Positions 60,894 through 64,000 of a DNA stretch of 64,000 nucleotides are shown one piece after another. The translations under genes and the position numbers were made by a program. The notes beneath the pieces are model-generated. The model was not told where the DNA came from, did not search any database, and saw nothing but the letters and a program-made list of their open reading frames with translations. Source of the DNA: an uncultured cyanobacterium (GTDB lineage: Bacteria; Cyanobacteriota; Cyanobacteriia; PCC-9006; JAAUQQ01). The first letter of the stretch is position 1; each line of letters starts with the position of its first letter. The stretch is taken from assembly GCA_963718615.1 (NCBI GenBank), contig OY970368.1, forward strand, positions 4,928,001 to 4,992,000. Direction: 5' to 3'.

Positions 60894-61658
60894 ATGAACA
60901 CATCCTGGGGCAAAAAGATGAAAATCAGTGTAGATCTATTCTCCGGTTCTGCCGGTCTAGCCGGACTAATTCTCGGTTCAACGCTGTGTTTGCCTGCGAT
61001 CGCCCTCCCATCCCCCTCTATAACCCGTTTTACCCCGCTCACTCCATTCGTTAGTCCTCTCCTCACGGGTGTAGCCCCCACGCTGCTGGCTCAGGCCAGT
61101 CCTGCCTACAATCCCACTGGCTGTCGCCTAACGCGGGAAGCAGTAGGCGTCTATGAGGAACCAAACACCACGCAGACCGCACGGGGATTCCTCAAGCCGG
61201 AGACGGCAGTGACGCTAGGGGACGGGAGTGGCGAAGGCTGGGCTCGAATCGTATCTCCTTTGACGGGTTGGGTACAGTCCAAGTTCCTTAAGTTAGCAAA
61301 GCCAACGGATTGCGGCACAGTGGTTTCAGGGCCTGGGGTAACCCCTGGTACAGCTCCGGCTACCACCGTCCCAACGCCCCCGCCCCCTCCTTCGACTCAA
61401 ACGGCAAAACAGGCCGTTTGTACCGTCATCCCCGAGGCGGGACTGGTGGTGCGTGATATGCCCAATCCCGAGAACAGCCGGGTGATTGGCTCCATTCGGC
61501 CCGGTCGCTACACGTTTCAGTTCACCGAGCGGCGTTTGGCCCTAGAGTCACCGGAAGGATTGCGACAGTGGATTTATATCACGGCTCCTGCGAAGGGCTG
61601 GATTTCTCCGGGGTTTGTGAATGGGGGCTCAAATCTATCGGGTGAGAATTGTAATTAG
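60894..61658 (+). CDS. Exported protein with two SH3b-like domains
   Basis: GWARIVSPLTGWV and WIYITAPAKGWI motifs. Confidence 0.7.
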   Translation: MNTSWGKKMKISVDLFSGSAGLAGLILGSTLCLPAIALPSPSITRFTPLTPFVSPLLTGVAPTLLAQASPAYNPTGCRLTREAVGVYEEPNTTQTARGFLKPETAVTLGDGSGEGWARIVSPLTGWVQSKFLKLAKPTDCGTVVSGPGVTPGTAPATTVPTPPPPPSTQTAKQAVCTVIPEAGLVVRDMPNPENSRVIGSIRPGRYTFQFTERRLALESPEGLRQWIYITAPAKGWISPGFVNGGSNLSGENCN

Positions 61659-62191
61659 TGGCTGTCTGGAATCGGTGTATTGATTTGGGGTTTATCGATT
61701 TTGTTTTGATCAATTTCATCCTCGTCAAATATTTCACCCTCGTCCATCTCACTGTCCAATTCACTACCCATTTCACCGTCAATTTCACTGGAGTCAAAAG
61801 GGCTAAACTCCCTCCAGGTTGAGGCAGAGGGTTGAGCCAACACTTGCCAAGCCGCCCTCAGCCCCGCGAACGTGCTTAAGCCTGCTCGACGGGCTGTTGC
61901 TGCCTGGTGTCGCATGCTGACAATACCGTCATCTACCTGCTGAACGACCTGGCTGGCGCTGCGCACGCCTTCGTTGACCTGGTCTGAAAGTTCACTCAGT
62001 TCGTCACCTGTATCACGCAGGGCCTGTAGCGTTAGGGGAAGCTCGTGACGCAGCATATCGAGGAGCTTTTCGGCACTGCGGGCGGCGCGGGCCAGTTCCT
62101 GCATGACCGGAATGGCAATGACCAAAACTGCCGTTAAACTCACGGCGACCAGAATAAGAGAAAGTCCAAGCCAAAAAAGCGGATGCAGCAC
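61655..62191 (-). CDS. DUF948-like membrane protein
   Basis: PLFWLGLS and ELARAARSAEKL.D.L..ELP motifs. Confidence 0.75.
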   Translation of the reverse strand: MLHPLFWLGLSLILVAVSLTAVLVIAIPVMQELARAARSAEKLLDMLRHELPLTLQALRDTGDELSELSDQVNEGVRSASQVVQQVDDGIVSMRHQAATARRAGLSTFAGLRAAWQVLAQPSASTWREFSPFDSSEIDGEMGSELDSEMDEGEIFDEDEIDQNKIDKPQINTPIPDSH

Positions 62192-62242
62192 AGCGACTCA
62201 GCGGTCCATTAGCGTCAGGAGATTAACAACGAGGCAGTCAAG

Positions 62243-62635
62243 TTAGGGATGGGAATCCGGTGACGCCACGACTTCGCGCAGTTCATCTGTGGAACTAGGA
62301 CTGGTTTTGGCGCTGGTTTTGGCGATCGCAGTCTTGGGGCGATTAAGCCGACGATTTTCTTCAAGACCCGCTTCTACCCCGGCGGCGATCGCCTCCTTCA
62401 AGCGCACCAACGTCCCCTCCCAGTTTTGCAACGCCGTATCCGAGAGCCGATCCGCCTGCAATTGCAGACTCGTAGCCAGATCCTCCGCCAGCTCCGGCAG
62501 CGCATCCGCTGATTTCCGTAGGAGCTTACGGGTTTCCCGACCGGCCTTGGGGGCGAGCAAGAGACCCGTGACAGCCCCTAGGGCGCTGCCGATGAGCAAG
62601 CCACCCAGGAATCCGCTGGATTGATTGTTCGCCAT
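62243..62635 (-). CDS. YtxH domain protein
   Basis: GFLGGLLIG...GLLLAPKAGRETR motif. Confidence 0.88.
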   Translation of the reverse strand: MANNQSSGFLGGLLIGSALGAVTGLLLAPKAGRETRKLLRKSADALPELAEDLATSLQLQADRLSDTALQNWEGTLVRLKEAIAAGVEAGLEENRRLNRPKTAIAKTSAKTSPSSTDELREVVASPDSHP

Positions 62636-62666
62636 GGCTCTACTCCTGTCTGAATCACTGATTTGT

Positions 62667-63017
62667 TTATACACCGGTTTGCTTATGCACCGGCTTGTTT
62701 CCCCGCCGCCGCCCCACGTACCCCTGCACCCATCCCAAGGCCAACAGAACTCGCTGGAGCTGCTGGAGCTGCCCGCTTGTACGGCGATAGCCCCCGCGTA
62801 ACCGCTGTAAGCCCTGCTGACCAGTCACGAGCGAGTCTTGGCTGCCCTTGAGGGCGTTTCGAGTATGGTACTCGACATCTTCGAGCATCCAATTCACCTG
62901 GGCCAGGGTGGATTTGAGCCGCCACAGCTTCCAGGCGATCAGGATGAGGAGAAGGGCGATCGCCCCATTCACCAGCACGACTGCCGTAACCGTTGTATCA
63001 GAAGCCATGACATCCAT
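62667..63017 (-). CDS. Hypothetical membrane protein
   Basis: N-terminal TM helix; co-oriented with the ytxH and DUF948 genes. Confidence 0.6.
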   Translation of the reverse strand: MDVMASDTTVTAVVLVNGAIALLLILIAWKLWRLKSTLAQVNWMLEDVEYHTRNALKGSQDSLVTGQQGLQRLRGGYRRTSGQLQQLQRVLLALGWVQGYVGRRRGNKPVHKQTGV

Positions 63018-63199
63018 TGCTCTACCATGCCTTGTCTACCCTGCCTTGATTGTAATCTACGGCTTTTCAAGCCCATCGATTGCCGAGAGAATTCGTCGCC
63101 CTAGGGAGGCATAGGAGTGAAACAAACTGTAATAAGGTGGGGATTGCGTGAATCATCACGCGCACCAGTCGTTCTTTTGCATTGCTGTTAGGAGTCTTT

Positions 63200-64000
63200 A
63201 TGGGACGCGCGAAAAAGGTTGTCCTGGCCTATTCGGGGGGCGTAGATACATCGGTTTGTATTCCTTACCTCAAAAACGAATGGGGCGTTGAGGAAGTGAT
63301 TACACTGGCGGCAGATCTCGGACAGGGTGAGGAACTGGGGCCGATTCAACAAAAAGCTCTCACAGCGGGCGCAAGCGTTTCGTTGGTGAATGACGCGCGG
63401 GATGCCTTTGTCCGCGAGTACGCTTTTCCGGCGATTCAAGCCAATGCACTGTACGAAAATCGCTATCCGCTCTCTACGGCCTTGGCTCGTCCGCTGATTG
63501 CCAAAATGCTCGTAGATGCAGCGGCGGAATATGGCGCGGATGCGGTGGCCCATGGCTGCACGGGTAAAGGCAATGACCAGGTGCGGTTTGATGTGTCGAT
63601 CGCGGCGCTCAATCCCCATCTCAAGGTCCTGGCTCCGGCTCGGGAATGGGGGTTTGATCGGCCCACGGCCATCGAATACGGAGAAAAATACGGGATTCCG
63701 GCTCCGGTGAAAAAGTCTTCGCCCTACAGTATCGACAAGAATCTTTTAGGTCGCAGCATTGAAACGGGTCCGCTGGAAGATCCCTGGGTTGAGCCGCCGG
63801 AGGAGGTGTTTGAGATGACGAAGGCGATCGCCGACACCCCCAACGAACCAACCTATGTGGAAATCGGCTTCGAGCAAGGCATCCCCGTCAGCCTAGATGG
63901 TCAAATGCTCTCCCCCGTAGATTTGGTTTCTCAGCTCAACCAACTGGCAGGACATCAAGGCGTAGGCCGCATCGACATGGTTGAGAATCGTCTGGTAGGG
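63200..64000 (+). CDS. argG: Argininosuccinate synthase, 3'-partial (absent from the ORF track)
   Basis: [28 protein letters not shown] and [13 protein letters not shown] motifs. Confidence 0.97.
   Translation, partial: MGRAKKVVLAYSGGVDTSVCIPYLKNEWGVEEVITLAADLGQGEELGPIQQKALTAGASVSLVNDARDAFVREYAFPAIQANALYENRYPLSTALARPLIAKMLVDAAAEYGADAVAHGCTGKGNDQVRFDVSIAALNPHLKVLAPAREWGFDRPTAIEYGEKYGIPAPVKKSSPYSIDKNLLGRSIETGPLEDPWVEPPEEVFEMTKAIADTPNEPTYVEIGFEQGIPVSLDGQMLSPVDLVSQLNQLAGHQGVGRIDMVENRLVG

Overview
Cyanobacterial chromosomal window, judged from very frequent HIP1 (GCGATCGC), ndhO, OCP-domain proteins and a cyanobacterial-type tmRNA tag. It is mostly housekeeping genes: prfB with its programmed frameshift, ybeY, dgkA, trpG, gndA, ssrA, hisC, tRNA-Arg(CCG), recF, speD, prs, hslO, ndhO, rluD, cobA and partial argG, plus signalling and envelope genes. 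The best-supported unusual feature is a 434-bp protein-free IS200/IS605-family element (30519-30952). Its ends follow the IS608 guide/cleavage rules, and removing it restores the reading frame of the HD-protein remnant it interrupts. It keeps the TnpB omegaRNA-type right end but has replaced tnpB with an apparent promoter, a boxB/boxA-like antitermination module and a kissing-loop leader. Other leads are a long structured speD leader with a uORF, a hairpin-bounded non-coding locus with a 28-aa sORF (14.55-15.03 kb), a GTAG-REP doublet beside ssrA, HIP1-centred palindromic terminators, tandem duplications at gene ends, and an HCP/CTDH/crtW carotenoid module. No CRISPR array, integrase or intact transposase was seen. 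Protein calls come from recognised motifs, not database searches.
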